A DNA stretch of 62,968 bases, the filler included, from Choristocarpus tenellus KU-1152 (taxonomy: Eukaryota > Protista > Phaeophyceae): NCBI GenBank assembly GCA_964200185.2. It is 12 parts of 12 records of this genome, joined end to end, with 100 filler letters (N's around TTAATTAATTAA, not from the genome) between each part and the next. Parts side by side here need not be neighbours in the genome. Positions count along the whole stretch, not along the records: positions 10,359 to 21,061 come from CAXNAD020002771.1; positions 21,162 to 25,083 come from CAXNAD020017134.1; 10 more parts are not named here. One strand, given 5' to 3'. The position numbers and the translations under genes were made by a program. Below the pieces are notes generated by a model. The model saw only the letters and a list, made by a program, of their open reading frames with translations. It did no database searches and was not told the DNA's origin. Positions 12,831-25,083 of this stretch are shown here, piece by piece (the stretch's first letter is position 1; each line of letters starts with the position of its first letter).

Positions 12831-13416
12831 CTTCCATAACCTCAATCTCCCGCGTGACCTGACTCCCCATTTCATTAGACCAAATCCAAAGTTTCTCCAG
12901 TATTTTAATTGCGACATGTTCCCCGGTCTCCTTATCTTTCGCCAATTTTACCTAAAGAACCCATAGCCAAGTACAAAAAAGAGAATAGGTATCATCAACA
13001 AAATGCACCACCCGCTTAGAGAAATCTGAAGGCATGGTGGAAGTTGGGAGGATGAGACTGTACAAAGGCAGGCAATCACCACCTTCTAGCTAAGCACCTT
13101 TCTCGTGCTCAGACCCAACAGTGTGCATTTGATGACACAGGGGAAAAATCCCGAGACAGCTGACGACGATTTTTCACTCTCCATAGGCTAACACCCTCCA
13201 TCAAAACCACGAAATTATCAGACCCTGTGATCAAAGAAAAAGTAGCGCTCAGTGCCCCCTTCCTGCACATGCAAAAGATAAATGCATTACCTCTGAGCTT
13301 GATCCTTTTCCAATTGTGCGCAGAAGAATATACTTGCCCACCACCACAGGCTCTTCTTCCTCTGCCTCCCTTTCCAACCCTGGGCCAGCGCCAACAGTGT
13401 CTCCTTGCGAACACAT
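12831..13416 (-). CDS. Ser/Thr protein kinase, SNF1/AMPK/CIPK-like (CAMK group), first two coding exons only
   Basis: Exon 13416-13291 (MCSQ...VGKYILLRTIGKGSSSE, GT donor) splices in frame to exon 12951-12831 (VKLAKDKETGEHVAIKILEK...QVTREIEVME, donor gtgag). These are kinase subdomains I-III with VAIK and the alpha-C Glu. Later exons were not found. Confidence 0.8.
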
Positions 13417-14579
13417 TGACTTACGGCAGTCAGAGTTGCAGGCTTGCCCCAGCAAATCCTCACCTGCCCAGTTCAGTCGATCAAAAAATCACAGCTTGAC
13501 CGTCTCTGTTGCAAAACTAATACCTCCTCGACCTAAGACCCCTAACGTCTTGATCGTGTTATTCACAACTGAGAATACCTCTCTTAGTGAAACAAACACA
13601 TTCTCCACTCCAAGTTCCCATATTTTGTTGTAGACATGAAGGCATAACAAATGATTACTGCACAAAACTCTATACTACGGGTCAATATGCAAGACTAAAA
13701 TATTATATTATCCTTTTCAATTCTCCGTTTCTGTTTTGATTCGATACACCCCAAGAAATGAGATGATATTATTTTGTATTGATTACTCAGTACATTCGAA
13801 AATATTATCGTGAAAAGCAATGAACCAATGTTCGATATATATTTTCGATTAACATCAACTAAGGATGATTTCCACACAATGTTTTATAGTGTTCTTATGT
13901 TTAGGATATTTTATTTCTTTATGATTGTTACCATCTTACATTTATTGGAAAAAATTGAAAATTTTGTCGAATAGGCTTCTTCCTCAATACTTGTAATACT
14001 TTCTTGGGCACATCACTAGATTTGGGTTCGTATATTTGTTAGATCAACAGACACTTTCTTTGTAAGTAGTTTATTATTGTCTGATAACATTCCACCTTCG
14101 GGTTATTTCAACTGTTTGCATAATCTGGAAGTATATAATAATCCAATGATATTGAATTTTTCGTTGACACATCTTCAAAATGTTATACTATAAGACATAT
14201 GTACATATTTCTACCTTCAACAATGCAAATAAGAAAGAAAATATTGACGGTATTTTGAATAAACCATACCGTTCCCTGGTGAAATATGTGAAATCTCAAA
14301 AATATATACACATATGTATATAGTTTTCATTGGTTTCCCTCTGACACATCTGCAAAATGTCACAGGACATAATAGGAAATATTCAACCGGTCCACCCGAA
14401 GAATGACGCTGGACTAACGTTTCCCTTTCCCCAGATATATCTTAAATGAATCGTCTACCTATCAAATATTCTATTATTGATTTAGGGATCATGAAGGTTG
14501 GACATATTTTTTATTTGATGGTGTTTGGTCAGGTAAAATGTAAGATCTGGGAACCCTTCAATCATACAAAACCGTTGTT

Positions 14580-15255
14580 TTGACCTCAAAACCTTTCTTT
14601 CCGGTGGAAAGTTTTGGGCACCTTAGTAACAGAATTATTTTTAGATGAGTTGAACAATCATGTAGTTGGGGGGGAGCTGGAGAGAGGTTATAGCAGGAAA
14701 GGAGCTATCAAGTCTCGCTTACGACATACAGCTTCCATCACTGCACCAGTGGCTCTCTCGAGACGCGTCATGGGTTTCGAGCTGGAGACACCAGGCAGAT
14801 GGGCAAGAAGGGGCCTGTCATACTCTTGGGATGCTTCCCTAGCTTCTCGCCCACTTTTGTAGGGCTAAGCTATTTTAGAGGCATAGCAGTAGTGAACATG
14901 TTGCATTGTATTTACGACTTTAAGGGGGCACTGTAGTATAGTTTGTATTCAAATAGTAATAGTTTTTGGACAGGTAACTTTCGCTTTGACGACAACTGTT
15001 ATTTTACAAGGCCTCTTGTGGTATTGGTTTGGATTTTTTCCCTGAGACCCAAAATATCTGGGGGGGAGGAGGTCTACATCAAGGCGTCTATTTAGGCCAA
15101 AATCAGGAAAAGTGCATGTACATTATCCGTTCGACGTATGCAACCAAATCACCCCAAAATCGCGAAATGAAAAAATTGACCCCAAACGGACAGCCGCCAC
15201 CCCCCCCAGATACTTTGAGTCTCGCACATCTGCACAATGTCGGAGGGCATCATAT
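14580..15255 (+). mobile_element. CRE-clade non-LTR retrotransposon 3' fragment, interrupted by MITE B
   Basis: ORF 14614-14862 (KGAIKSRLRH...VALSRRVMGFELETPGRWARR...SWDASLA) matches the C-terminus of the element at 21162-23365. The 3' motif is split by the MITE at 15046-15221. Confidence 0.85.
15046..15221 (+). mobile_element. MITE family B copy (~176 bp, G-tract TIRs)
   Basis: TIRs GACCCAAAATATCTGGGGG / CCCCCAGATACTTTGAGTC; complete copy. Confidence 0.85.
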
Positions 15256-16394
15256 TTTTGTGTTGGCCGTGTGTGATATGGGAACAACAGCACGGTTCGG
15301 GGTAAGTGCATGACGTCATACCTCTTTGTTGACTACGTTTTCCTTCCCTCACGAGCTCTGGATTAACTGGTTAACCCCATCTTAGCCATACAACCACTCC
15401 ACTCCTCAACATTACCCTTGTTACCACAACAACTACGCGACCACTTTCTGCGTATCTAATCTCCAACCAATGCCAATTTCCGCCTATCCCATCTCCAACT
15501 AATGTGGACGATTTGCAAGAATCGACTCCTACGACAATCCTCCCGATGCGCTGCTCCAACTCCATCCATGACATTCGACATTCCTCCACAACACTCCGTA
15601 TTCACCCAAGAACACACAACGATAATCCAAAACACTCCACGTTCATCCGCTTCCATATCATGCCTTTGAACTACAAAATATCTACTCCACTGAGGTTGAG
15701 TCCCCCCTCGAACATCCCGCGTACAAACATCCCACTCACTCGTGAGCAATCAAGAGGGTGGACGGGCGGAAAAGATTGCTAGAGGGCTGCCTTGATCCTG
15801 CCCCCTTTGTCCTTCTTCCCCGGTCCTTGGTTTTCATTTTTCATTATCTCTATTCATCGTCAGCCCCTCTCCCCAAAATTGCACTCTTTTCTCATTAACT
15901 TCTCGATTACCCTGTCTGCTTCAGGCCACCCACTCCTTAACCTTTCATCTACCCTCTCCAACTTTTTCTTCTTTTCTTGTCACAACATTGGCTGGTTTCC
16001 TTGCCTACCTCGGTTGATCGACACACTCACAGAACTCAGATTGCTTCAAACACTTATCTCTTTAAATTCAGTGGAACAGACATTATGCCCTTCGATATTT
16101 TGTAGATGTCTCACGAAAAAAATAAAACCAAAGCATATTACAAGGACTATTGTAAATCCATTAGTTGTCGTCAATGGTGAGACACCTTCCTGAAACATGT
16201 CTATTTGAAAAATAACAATACAATAACATCCTCTGAGCGTTGTTCTGCATAGTATGTGTATTTCTTACTTGTTCCAATGCTCACCATCCGAAATAAGGTA
16301 ACTATTCCTGCTGCATTATATGAAAATCTAGCATACAAAAAAATGGGGAGAAGAACGAGGTATACCATCATCGCATATTCTACATCTGATCAAG

Positions 16395-16895
16395 TAGGGA
16401 AAACTTAAACAGTTGCGCCTGGGCGCCTAGATAAAGGAAGAAAAGATTTTCCTGGATGGGTTGACCACCCATGCAGCAGGGGGCAAGGGCTGGTGGGGGT
16501 TGCCGGAAAGGGGCTGTCAAGTGTCGCTTGAGAGAGATTTTGTGCGTCACTGAACAAGTGTCTCTCTAGAGGTGTCATGCATTTTAAGCTAGAGAGACAC
16601 TGGGCTTGTGGGCAAGAAGGAGCCTGACAGATTCCTAGGATGCTTCCCTGCCTCCTCAACCACCTTCGCAGGGCTAGGATAAAAGCATAGTCATGTGCAC
16701 AATAATCGGTAGAACAATCTCCAAGGGTTAGGGTTAGGGTTAGGTTTAGGGTTAGGGTGGAAATACTAGTTTCCAAATAGTACATACTTTCGGGAGGTGT
16801 CTTAGCATTGATGACAACTGTTGTTGCATCTACCGTTGTCCTTGTCATGTAGTTTTGGTCTTGGTTGTCTCCTGCAAAATGTGAAAGGGTATAAA
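16395..16895 (+). mobile_element. CRE-clade 3' fragment, diverged, with a TTAGGG tract in its 3' UTR
   Basis: ctctctagaggtgtcatgcattttaagctagag and gattcctaggatgcttccct align with 23047-23133. Terminal motif ctgcaaaatgtgaaagggtataa at about 16872-16894. Confidence 0.7.
16724..16758 (+). repeat. Interstitial telomeric repeat (TTAGGG)n
   Basis: agggttagggttagggttaggtttagggttagggt. Confidence 0.9.
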
Positions 16896-16989
16896 TAATG
16901 AATATTGTGTTTGACTAAAGAAAAAAAAATTGTTAGTGTACCATTTTCTTCGGGTATCTTTGTTTCAATGCATGAAAAAAATCAGTTCT

Positions 16990-18497
16990 AGGCTTAGGTG
17001 GCTGGGCAGGTACAACCACCCCTGGTTTAGTGCTAGGAACAAGGAGGTCTCAGCATTGTATCACACATCTACTGATGAACAGGATCCGCATTGACTCCTT
17101 ACGGACACAGCTATTGTTAGCAAACCTTTCCTCCAGATACAGAGGAGCAGGGAAGCAGAGAAAGTTACTCGCTGACTCTAGCCTGCTACCAGGAGTCAAT
17201 GTGAGCAAGGAGCTAATGCATGGACCACCACGCAGCCCCTGTTGCCGGCACGACAGATTCCTCCTGTGGAGCTTAGGTCCACCACCACCAGGTAGGTCTC
17301 TAGCAAAAGAGGAGGTTTGCTGAATCGGGGCAGTGGCTGGATGCAGGAGGCACAAATGTTGACACTAGACATGCATGCACATGCCCAAATAGGTTGGGAG
17401 GACTAGCAAGTGTGCCAATACAAAATTATGGTGAAAGGTTTTGGGTCATATCTGCTGGGGAAATAACATCCCTTGTTTGCTGAAGGATGGAAGCACGTTC
17501 ATGGTCGACAGGAACTTCCACGTGGATGTGAACCAAAGTAAACAAGAGGTAACCAGTTTTTGTCGTTTTTCGTTATAAACCAATTTTTCAATCTTTTGCA
17601 GTTCACCCATATTTCTATGGGTAACGTGGTAAGTGTGACATATGAGAGGGTTGATGTATCTATTGTTTGAACCTTTTTTTGACACCATTCGGAAAATATC
17701 CTACTCCAAGTACATGGTAAAAAATATCGATTTTTGCACATATTTGCTGGGTACAACTCATTTACTTTGGCTTTGTGGAGTTCCATGTTGGGGCACAACA
17801 GGAGGTTGACTCAGCCCCTTTTATCGGGACAAACGTCTACTTCTGGATGTATCATTGCAGACGTACAGGCAGCTTGCCACCTGACCAACTCGTCCAATGC
17901 AAATGGTGTCACTCCTCCAGCAGCTGGGCCATGAAAGCACACCTGCTATGATAATATTTTGGTCCTTGTAGTTATAGTACCTCCATGGTAGAAAGTTTTG
18001 GGCCGCTCAGTATGTAAGCAGAGAAAGATTCCTTGATAAGGTGGCCACGCATGTGGTTGGGGAGAGAGGGATTGGGGGTTCCAGCAGGAAAGGGGTTATC
18101 AAGACTTGTTTAAGAGAGATAGTGCCCGAAACTGCCAAGTATCTCTCTAGATCTGTTTCATGTGTTTGTAGGTGGAGACACACCAAACGGGTGGGGCAGA
18201 AGGTCCTTTACTAATTATTATTTGGATTCTTCCCAACCTCCTTGTTTACTTTCTTCATAGGGCTAGGTTAGGAACATATATACATTGGGGACATCTCTTG
18301 GTAAGGCATCAGTCGAGAAGATGACATTGTTGAATACTTCGTACCTAGTACAGATTTCGAGGAGGAATTATTGTGTTGGAAACGACAATTATGGTAGTAG
18401 TTCTCACAGTTTTAGTCTTTGTCTCTTCTCCCTCCCCTATCAGTGTTACAACTTTTGCTTATTTTTGACACATCTACAAAATGTCATTGGTCATAAT
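16990..18497 (+). mobile_element. CRE-clade fragment (Zn knuckle, RLE region and 3' UTR), heavily decayed, interrupted by MITE C
   Basis: RRSQHCITHLLMNRIRIDSLRTQL matches RRAQHEITCLLNKIRFDSFRTQL at about 22210. Also LLDV..ADVQAACHLTNSSNANGV, gtagaaagttttgggc and the 3' motif tgacacatctacaaaatgtca. Confidence 0.8.
17530..17773 (+). mobile_element. MITE family C copy with 3-bp TSD (TGT)
   Basis: TIRs GAACCAAAGTAAACAAGAGGTA / TACAACTCATTTACTTTGGCTT, with TGT on both flanks. The body resembles 42950-43169. Removing it restores the CRE sequence. Confidence 0.8.
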
Positions 18498-19896
18498 TCC
18501 TGGATCAAGTCCATCCCTACGTCCCCGTTCGCCCAATGACTGCTCGATGACTGCCCAGACCTCTTTCTCTCGTCCAGTAATGACCCAGGGCATTTTATTT
18601 TGATTTTTTTAATGCCCATTTGGGGTCGTTTCGAACATACTTTTAAATCTTGATCGATGGAGGAGATTTTTGAAGGAAGGCAAAACATCTTTGAGCTTTT
18701 TCCGCAAAAGCACATGTATGTGTGGAAGGAACCCAAATAAATTCGACCTGTCTAAACATAAAAAAAATAGATACAGACATCCCATTGATTCCGGGGAGTT
18801 CGTTCTAGTAGAGTAAGAATACAAGTAATAATTCCTCTACTTCCAACACGTCCCTTCAATGTAATGTTTTGGTAGTAATAAAATGTCAGTTAAGGCCACG
18901 GTCGAGATTTCTCTATCAGTCAGTTCAGGGGGCAATCAAGGGTATTTTGATGAACCTCGACTCCTTCATACGTCTTTCATGTTTGTGGAAGTCCACATCG
19001 TGTGATGAAATCCACTTCACCAAGCAAAACATCCACACCAACATCATGCACCAGGACGATGAACCAATCATGAATATTCAAACTGTAAGCCTTTGAGCTT
19101 CAGAGTCAGAAGGGTGGAATGGCTTAACAACGATTAACCTTTTCTGACAGCATCGTTCCAGATTACCTGCACAAGGAGCTCACTCAGTTCTTGGGCATAG
19201 GTACTTGGTCAGGCAAGATCTGTCACCTTGGACAAAGAAACATACTCCAACAAGAACCGCAGGAATAGGTCAAACCCGATTTCCTGGTGTTTCAGTGTGT
19301 TAAAAAAAATGTCCGATATCCATTATTAAGATGTATCGAAATAGGGGTTGAGGGAGTCACAAAAGGCAAAAGCTTATTTGTGGCAAGTAAGAGTCAAAGT
19401 AGACGTCACCTGACATCTTTGCTGATAAAATGCAAGAGTCAGACCATAGCAAATGATATCAATGTGGTGTCTGTGAGGTGTGGTTATTTTTACGTAGCTT
19501 ATCACACAACGCCTGTCTGCGTATTAATTTCGCTCTTTCGTATTGCTACTCAGAGACTGAGGGGTATTGACTGGGCGTACTTACCTTTGCTTGCACCTGA
19601 TGCCACACATGAAGCAGACGAGTTTCCTCGAGTATATTTGACTTGCTTTACACTCCATACCCTCAGGTACTGATGTTCATTAGCAGTCTCGCACTATACT
19701 CCGGAGTATTTTCCTCTTTTTGCACTCACTGTCCCCGGCAATATAATATGGTATCTGGCGTACCAGAGAGTGGGTTTGTAGGCAATTGTCCTGATGAAAA
19801 CTATTGTTCAACGTACTTCCTACCACTCAAAGTGGACCATGTGATGGAGTCGTTATGTTGGTGTGTGGGGTTAAGGACTTCCCTTCGTCCGACCTA

Positions 19897-20154
19897 GAGT
19901 GAAAGTATCTTAGAGGGTACGAGTTTTGCCCTGTTTGCCCATTTGGGGCTTGGCTTCCCACGGGTTTTTAATGACATTTTACCTAATCCGATATGGTTTG
20001 GAGTAGGTAATATGTATACATTATGAAAACGTGTGTCCGGAACAAGGGTATTGACACCTCCTAACAAACACAACAGCCAAAATTACATCAAAATATCAAC
20101 ATTTGATTTTGGCCCCCAAATGGACGTGATTCTACCCTCAAAGATGCTTCAGAT
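19897..20154 (+). mobile_element. MITE family A copy (~255 bp)
   Basis: Left TIR GAGTGAAAGTATCTTAGAGGGTA, degenerate right TIR TACCCTCAAAGATGCTT; body shared with the other A copies. Confidence 0.85.
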
Positions 20155-20941
20155 GTTGATGGTTGAACCTGGGAGATGCAAGGGACCAAAGTGGGAGCGA
20201 GGTCTGCCCTCTATTTGCGCTACTGTGTTCGTATCTGTGGCTTAGAAGAACGTGTGGTGAAGACGCTATTTCCTTCTTTCCTGGGTGTCCCTTGCAACCA
20301 TACCCTCCTGTGTGCTTTGGTCACAGTAGGTCAAGTTGCCGATAATTTTTGATGGTTTGCTAAGAGAATTAGACTATCTCAAGAACTATATGCACTTCAG
20401 ACAAAAATGTTATAACATTGCTCTCGATCAATAATCCTGGTAAGTCCTCCCGTGTCTCGCTTGCAGCAACCACAATGGGCTGCTACTGACTTCCTTTGGC
20501 AGGATGGGGTACTGACTCTACAATACCGTGAGGGGGTAATAAGAGAGAGTGGTGTGCTGGGTTGAAAGAGGTGGGAAAGGTATGCCGGTTAGTCCCCTCT
20601 GAGCTCCTGCACCCCAAGGAGGAAAGAATAATGGGGAGCTTGTGTCTGGGTAAACCTCTAGGGTCTGTACTGGGGGAAAAGATATGGGGGAAAAAAGAGG
20701 GAGAAAAATCCGTGCACTAAGCTGTTACAATACTCGACCATCACCAGGAGAAAATTCAGAGGGCGCAACTCTCTGGTCTGTGCCTAGGGAAAAGGGGGAC
20801 AAGTAGCTTCACCAGCCAACAAGTCACAATGATCCATCTGCAACAGGAGTAAGGGTAAAGGGGTGGACCGTGCCGGTGTAACAAGGGATGAGATATGCTT
20901 TGGTAGAAGGGTTGGGCCTATGCCAAAAAAAATCTGTTTTT

Positions 20942-21061
20942 GACCCAGAGTATCCGGGGGAGGGGGGGGGGGGGGGGGCTACATCAGGGGGTCCATTTAG
21001 GCCATAACTAGGAAAAGTGTACTTACATTATATATCGACGTATGCAACCAAACCCCCCAAA
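20942..21061 (+). mobile_element. MITE family B copy, cut by the contig end
   Basis: gacccagagtatccggggg...gtccatttaggcc...cgacgtatgcaaccaaa. Confidence 0.8.
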
Positions 21062-21161
21062 NNNNNNNNNNNNNNNNNNNNNNNNNNNNNNNNNNNNNNN
21101 NNNNNTTAATTAATTAANNNNNNNNNNNNNNNNNNNNNNNNNNNNNNNNNNNNNNNNNNNN

Positions 21162-23365
21162 CTTTTCCCCCTAGATGAGGGAGGGACGAAGATTCTACCA
21201 TCGAGATCTGGGGCCCAACAGGGAGACCCACTAGGCCCCCTCTTATATTGCATGGCAACTCACAAGACCTTACAACAGCCCAATCAGTCTATGGGCCCCA
21301 AAGGATTTCCTCCCGGAGCTATCTGGATGACACATCCATTTCGGCAAGGGTGATCAACCCTATTACCATAGCTGCTTTCGAGCAGTTAAAACCTAATCTC
21401 CATGAGGTAGGCATTGACCTAAACATGGACAAGACCACTACCGCACCTTCCCAGGGACACCAACCCATCCCCTCGGAACTGGAGCTTCTCTCTACAGCGG
21501 GAATCAACCTAGCCCCGAACCCCAGTGGTTTTGTCACTCTAGGGGCTCCGGTGGGAACAGATGATTTTGTTCGAGCCCACATGGCGGAGGTGATCGAGAG
21601 CTCTGGGACACGAGCTTTGGTCAACACACCTCAGCGAGATGGAGGACAAGCAGGTGGCCTGGCTCCTCAACTCCTGGTCCTTCTCCTCCCGGCTAGGCTA
21701 TCTAGTGAGGGTCACTCCCCCCCTCCTGGCACACTCCACCATGGAGCGAGCATATTACACCTCCTTATGGACACTAGAGAGGATAATGGAGATAGTCGAC
21801 TTGACAGAAGAGGCGATGGATTTCTTCGAGGGAGGGTGCAACAATAGGTCTCTCCGCCTAGAGACCTACAAACAAGTATAGGCACAGATGCCTACAAGTG
21901 TGGGAGGTCTGGACCTCTCCTCTATGAAACACCGCCAACATGCGGCTTTCGTAGGATCACTGGTGGCTAACTCTCCCCACCCTCCTAGCAAGGTAGCAAG
22001 GGCCTCATGGCGAGTCCTTCTCACAAGCTGTATGTACGAGCCCTACAATACAGGCCTTAGGATTGTCCATCCACACCCTCCTTTCTACAGGCGTCCCCTC
22101 AGAAGACCTTGCGGAAATCATTGGCCAAGACTGGGTAACCTGGGGGGAACAACACCCCCTGCACCTGCCCCTGAGGTACATATCCTAGCTGCCCATGACA
22201 CCAGGATCAGAAGGAGGGCTCAACACGAGATCACATGCCTCTTAAACAAGATCCGTTTTGACTCCTTCAGGACACAACTGGCCGGCCTCCCAAATGAGGC
22301 ACACCAAGGGAGGGAAAGCTCCTCATTAGCCCTAGCGCGCCACCGGAGCCGGTGTGGACAAGGGTCTAACGTCTGGGCCTCGACTCAACCTCTGGAGCCA
22401 GCATGCCAGATCGCCCCTCTAGAATTTAAGCTTACAGTCAGCAGATCCCTAGGGAGGGAGGAGGCCTATCAAACAGTTGCCCAGTGGCAGGGTGCAGAAG
22501 GCAGAATTTCGATACCAGACATGCCCGCACCTGCCCCAGGGCAGGGGGAAAGGTACGACAGCACACTCCAATGGTAAAACGCCTGCACCAACTATGCAAG
22601 GGAATGGACATCCCTTGCACTACGGAGGACAGTAGTCTTTTCACAGCGGACAGGAATCTCCGCATGGATCTGGTGTTCCATACAGGGGCATTAGTGGACG
22701 CCGGAACAGCACCCTACAGGGACAAAGGTCTTCTGCTAGACGTCACCTTCGCAGAGGTGTGCAGGCAACCTCCCACCTAACCCACTCATCCACCAGCAAT
22801 GGTGTAGCTGCTGCTACAGCCGAGGAGCGAAAGTGCACCCACTACGAGGGCACCTTTGATCCTCGTAGTTATAACCTCAACATCTTCGCGGTGGAAAGCT
22901 TTGGGCGCCTCGGCAAGCAAGCGGAATGCTTCCTGGGTGAGCTGGCTACTCATATGGTAGGGGGGAGAGGAGCTGAAGGATATTGCAGGAAAGGAGTAGT
23001 TAAATCCCGGCTACGCCAATTTGTCTCAGTGACTACGCAAGTGGCATTGTCTAGACGTGTCATGCGCTTTAAACTAGAGTCACCAGGGAGATGGGCACGG
23101 AGGGATTTGTTGGATTCTTGGGATGCCTCCCTAGCTCCACCCCCCGGGGCACAGGAGTAGGTAGATGGGAAGCACAGGAAGGCAGTAGTACAATATCGAT
23201 AATGGTAAAGTAACTGATAGATAAGTGGTGGTTTTCACACTTACAATATTTTATTGTGTTTTCACATTTATGATATTTTATTTCTTTAGGGCTTATACTG
23301 ACATATGTATAGTTTTCGTTTGTTTCCCCCCTGACACATCTGCAAAATGTCAGAGGGCATAATAA
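21162..23365 (+). mobile_element. CRE-clade non-LTR retrotransposon (RT, CCHC knuckle, restriction-like endonuclease), pseudogenised, 5' end cut by the contig start
   Basis: RT motifs SGAQQGDPLGPLLY, SYLDD, LNMDKT, LGAPVG and MPTSVGGLDL; knuckle CPVAGC-x8-H-x3-C; RLE motifs RQH, RMDLV, LLLDVT, AEERK..HY and FAVESFGRLG. Stop at 23160, then a ~200-bp 3' UTR ending gggcataataa. About five frameshifts or stops. Confidence 0.9.
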
Positions 23366-24032
23366 GATACAATAAGTAGTGGACATCTCTTCAACCGGAG
23401 ATGTTACACATCGAAGATCCTCTTTGTTGTCACGTCTTGACGTTTGTGATGATCCCCCTCTCATAAGATTCTCATCACTGTGAACGTTTATGAAGTAACC
23501 TGAGTTTTGTGGGCGGAAGAATTCTGGTTGGCTGGGGGCACAGGACAAGGTGAGGTGATGGAAAGAAAAAGAAGGAAGCAGGAAAAGAACGAATAGTTAA
23601 GGAACGACTGCTGAGAGAAGGGGGAAAAGTTTAAAATGAATGAGTGATAGGAAGAGGGAAGGGGAAGGATAGATCAGTTTATAATAAGAGGGCTGAGAAC
23701 CAGGGGTACAGGACGAGGAGGTTGAGAACAAGACAACCTCCGTGCAATATCTTCTCCTAATCAAAGTATGGCTGAAAGGCGAGAGAACATGAACGAAAGG
23801 AACAAGACGATATGGGAAGAATTCATGGGAAACGACGAGAAGGAACGGGGTGAGGGCAAGAGGAAAATGATGGAAGGTTGAGGAAAAGAAAAATGATGGA
23901 AAGAAAATGAAGAAGAGATGGGAACAATGGCGGCGCAGAGGATGCAATTGGAGATCGAGAAGGTGCAACGAGATATGAGATTCTTCACAGGGGGGGAAGG
24001 GGAGAAAGATCCAAGCATGGAGCAGGGTTGAG

Positions 24033-24825
24033 GTGAGGAAGTACTTGGTACTCCTTGGATTCATTCCCTTGTTTATTAATACGGGGAATGCCAGAGCGAC
24101 ACGGTACCAGCTACGGTGGATAGTGGACGAGGCAACGGACGTGACTGAAGAGGTGGCCAAACAACTCGAAAACTTGGCAGCCTTCATAATCAAGGACTAC
24201 ATACCAAGGGGGGAGCTGGGCAGGAAGACATACAGGGGGGAACACGAACTGCCAGACAATTTCGACTGCTTTGTGGCAGCAATGGGAAGGTTATGCAGGT
24301 ATGGAGAACGTTGGAATCCAGGGCAGAGGAGGACAGCAAGGGTGATAGAGGATCTGGAAGTGGCCAGATGCAAGGTACGAATGTTCTATGGAGCAAATAA
24401 ACCCACGTTGTTAGAGAGTCCTCAGATCGTCGAATTGATTTTCAGAGCAGTGGGGAGATCTCCAGTGCTGGGAAAAACAGATAACAGCAGCAGATATTAT
24501 GGGGAATACGTTTAACGCCCCGCCACCCCCTGAAACGTGGGTACCACCCCCTCCGAGCCCCTGCTTCACATTCTTAGAGACGACACTGGGTCAGCTAAAG
24601 AATATGCTACCCGCCTTGTACAGCACTGAGTCCCGCTCCCGGTCAATGAAGAGGGTGGGAACATGGGGGGAGACAAGAGTGTCAAAGTCCCCCAGACTAG
24701 ACGAGAGAAACAGGGCAGGAGTCTCGAATGGAGGGGGAAGGACGTACAACCCTTGCTTCGCATGGAAAGCTGGGCAGGAATGCGATTTCCTCAAAAAGAA
24801 TGGATATTGAAAATTCAACCACTTC
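24033..24825 (+). pseudogene. Gag/ORF1-like remnant with a C-terminal CCCH zinc finger (possibly from a DIRS/Ngaro-type retroelement)
   Basis: ORFs 24033-24515 and 24499-24810 abut with a frameshift. The end reads CFAWKAGQECDFLKKNGY*KFNH, i.e. C-x8-C-x8-(C to stop)-x3-H. The family assignment is inference. Confidence 0.45.
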
Positions 24826-24857
24826 CAGGAAGGAGAAGAAGGAAAAGGAAAATAATA

Positions 24858-25083
24858 AAAGTATCTTAGAGGGTACGATTTTTGCCCTGTTTGTCCGTTT
24901 GGGCTTGGCTTCCCACAGGAGGTTTATGACATTTTACCTACTCTGAAACATTTCGGAGTAGGTAAAGTGTATATATTGTGAAAACGTGTGTCCGAACAAG
25001 GATATTGACACTTCCTAATAAACACGATAGCCAAAATTACATCAAAATCGCAGCATTGGATTTTGTCCCACAATTGGACGCAG
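24858..25083 (+). mobile_element. MITE family A copy, cut by the contig end
   Basis: aaagtatcttagagggtacgatttttgccctgtttgtccg...caattggacgcag. Confidence 0.85.

Noticed and set aside
18800-19860. Decayed Ty3/gypsy integrase (also 34100-35360, minus strand)
   Set aside because: Only scattered partial resemblances; no continuous motif set is readable by eye.
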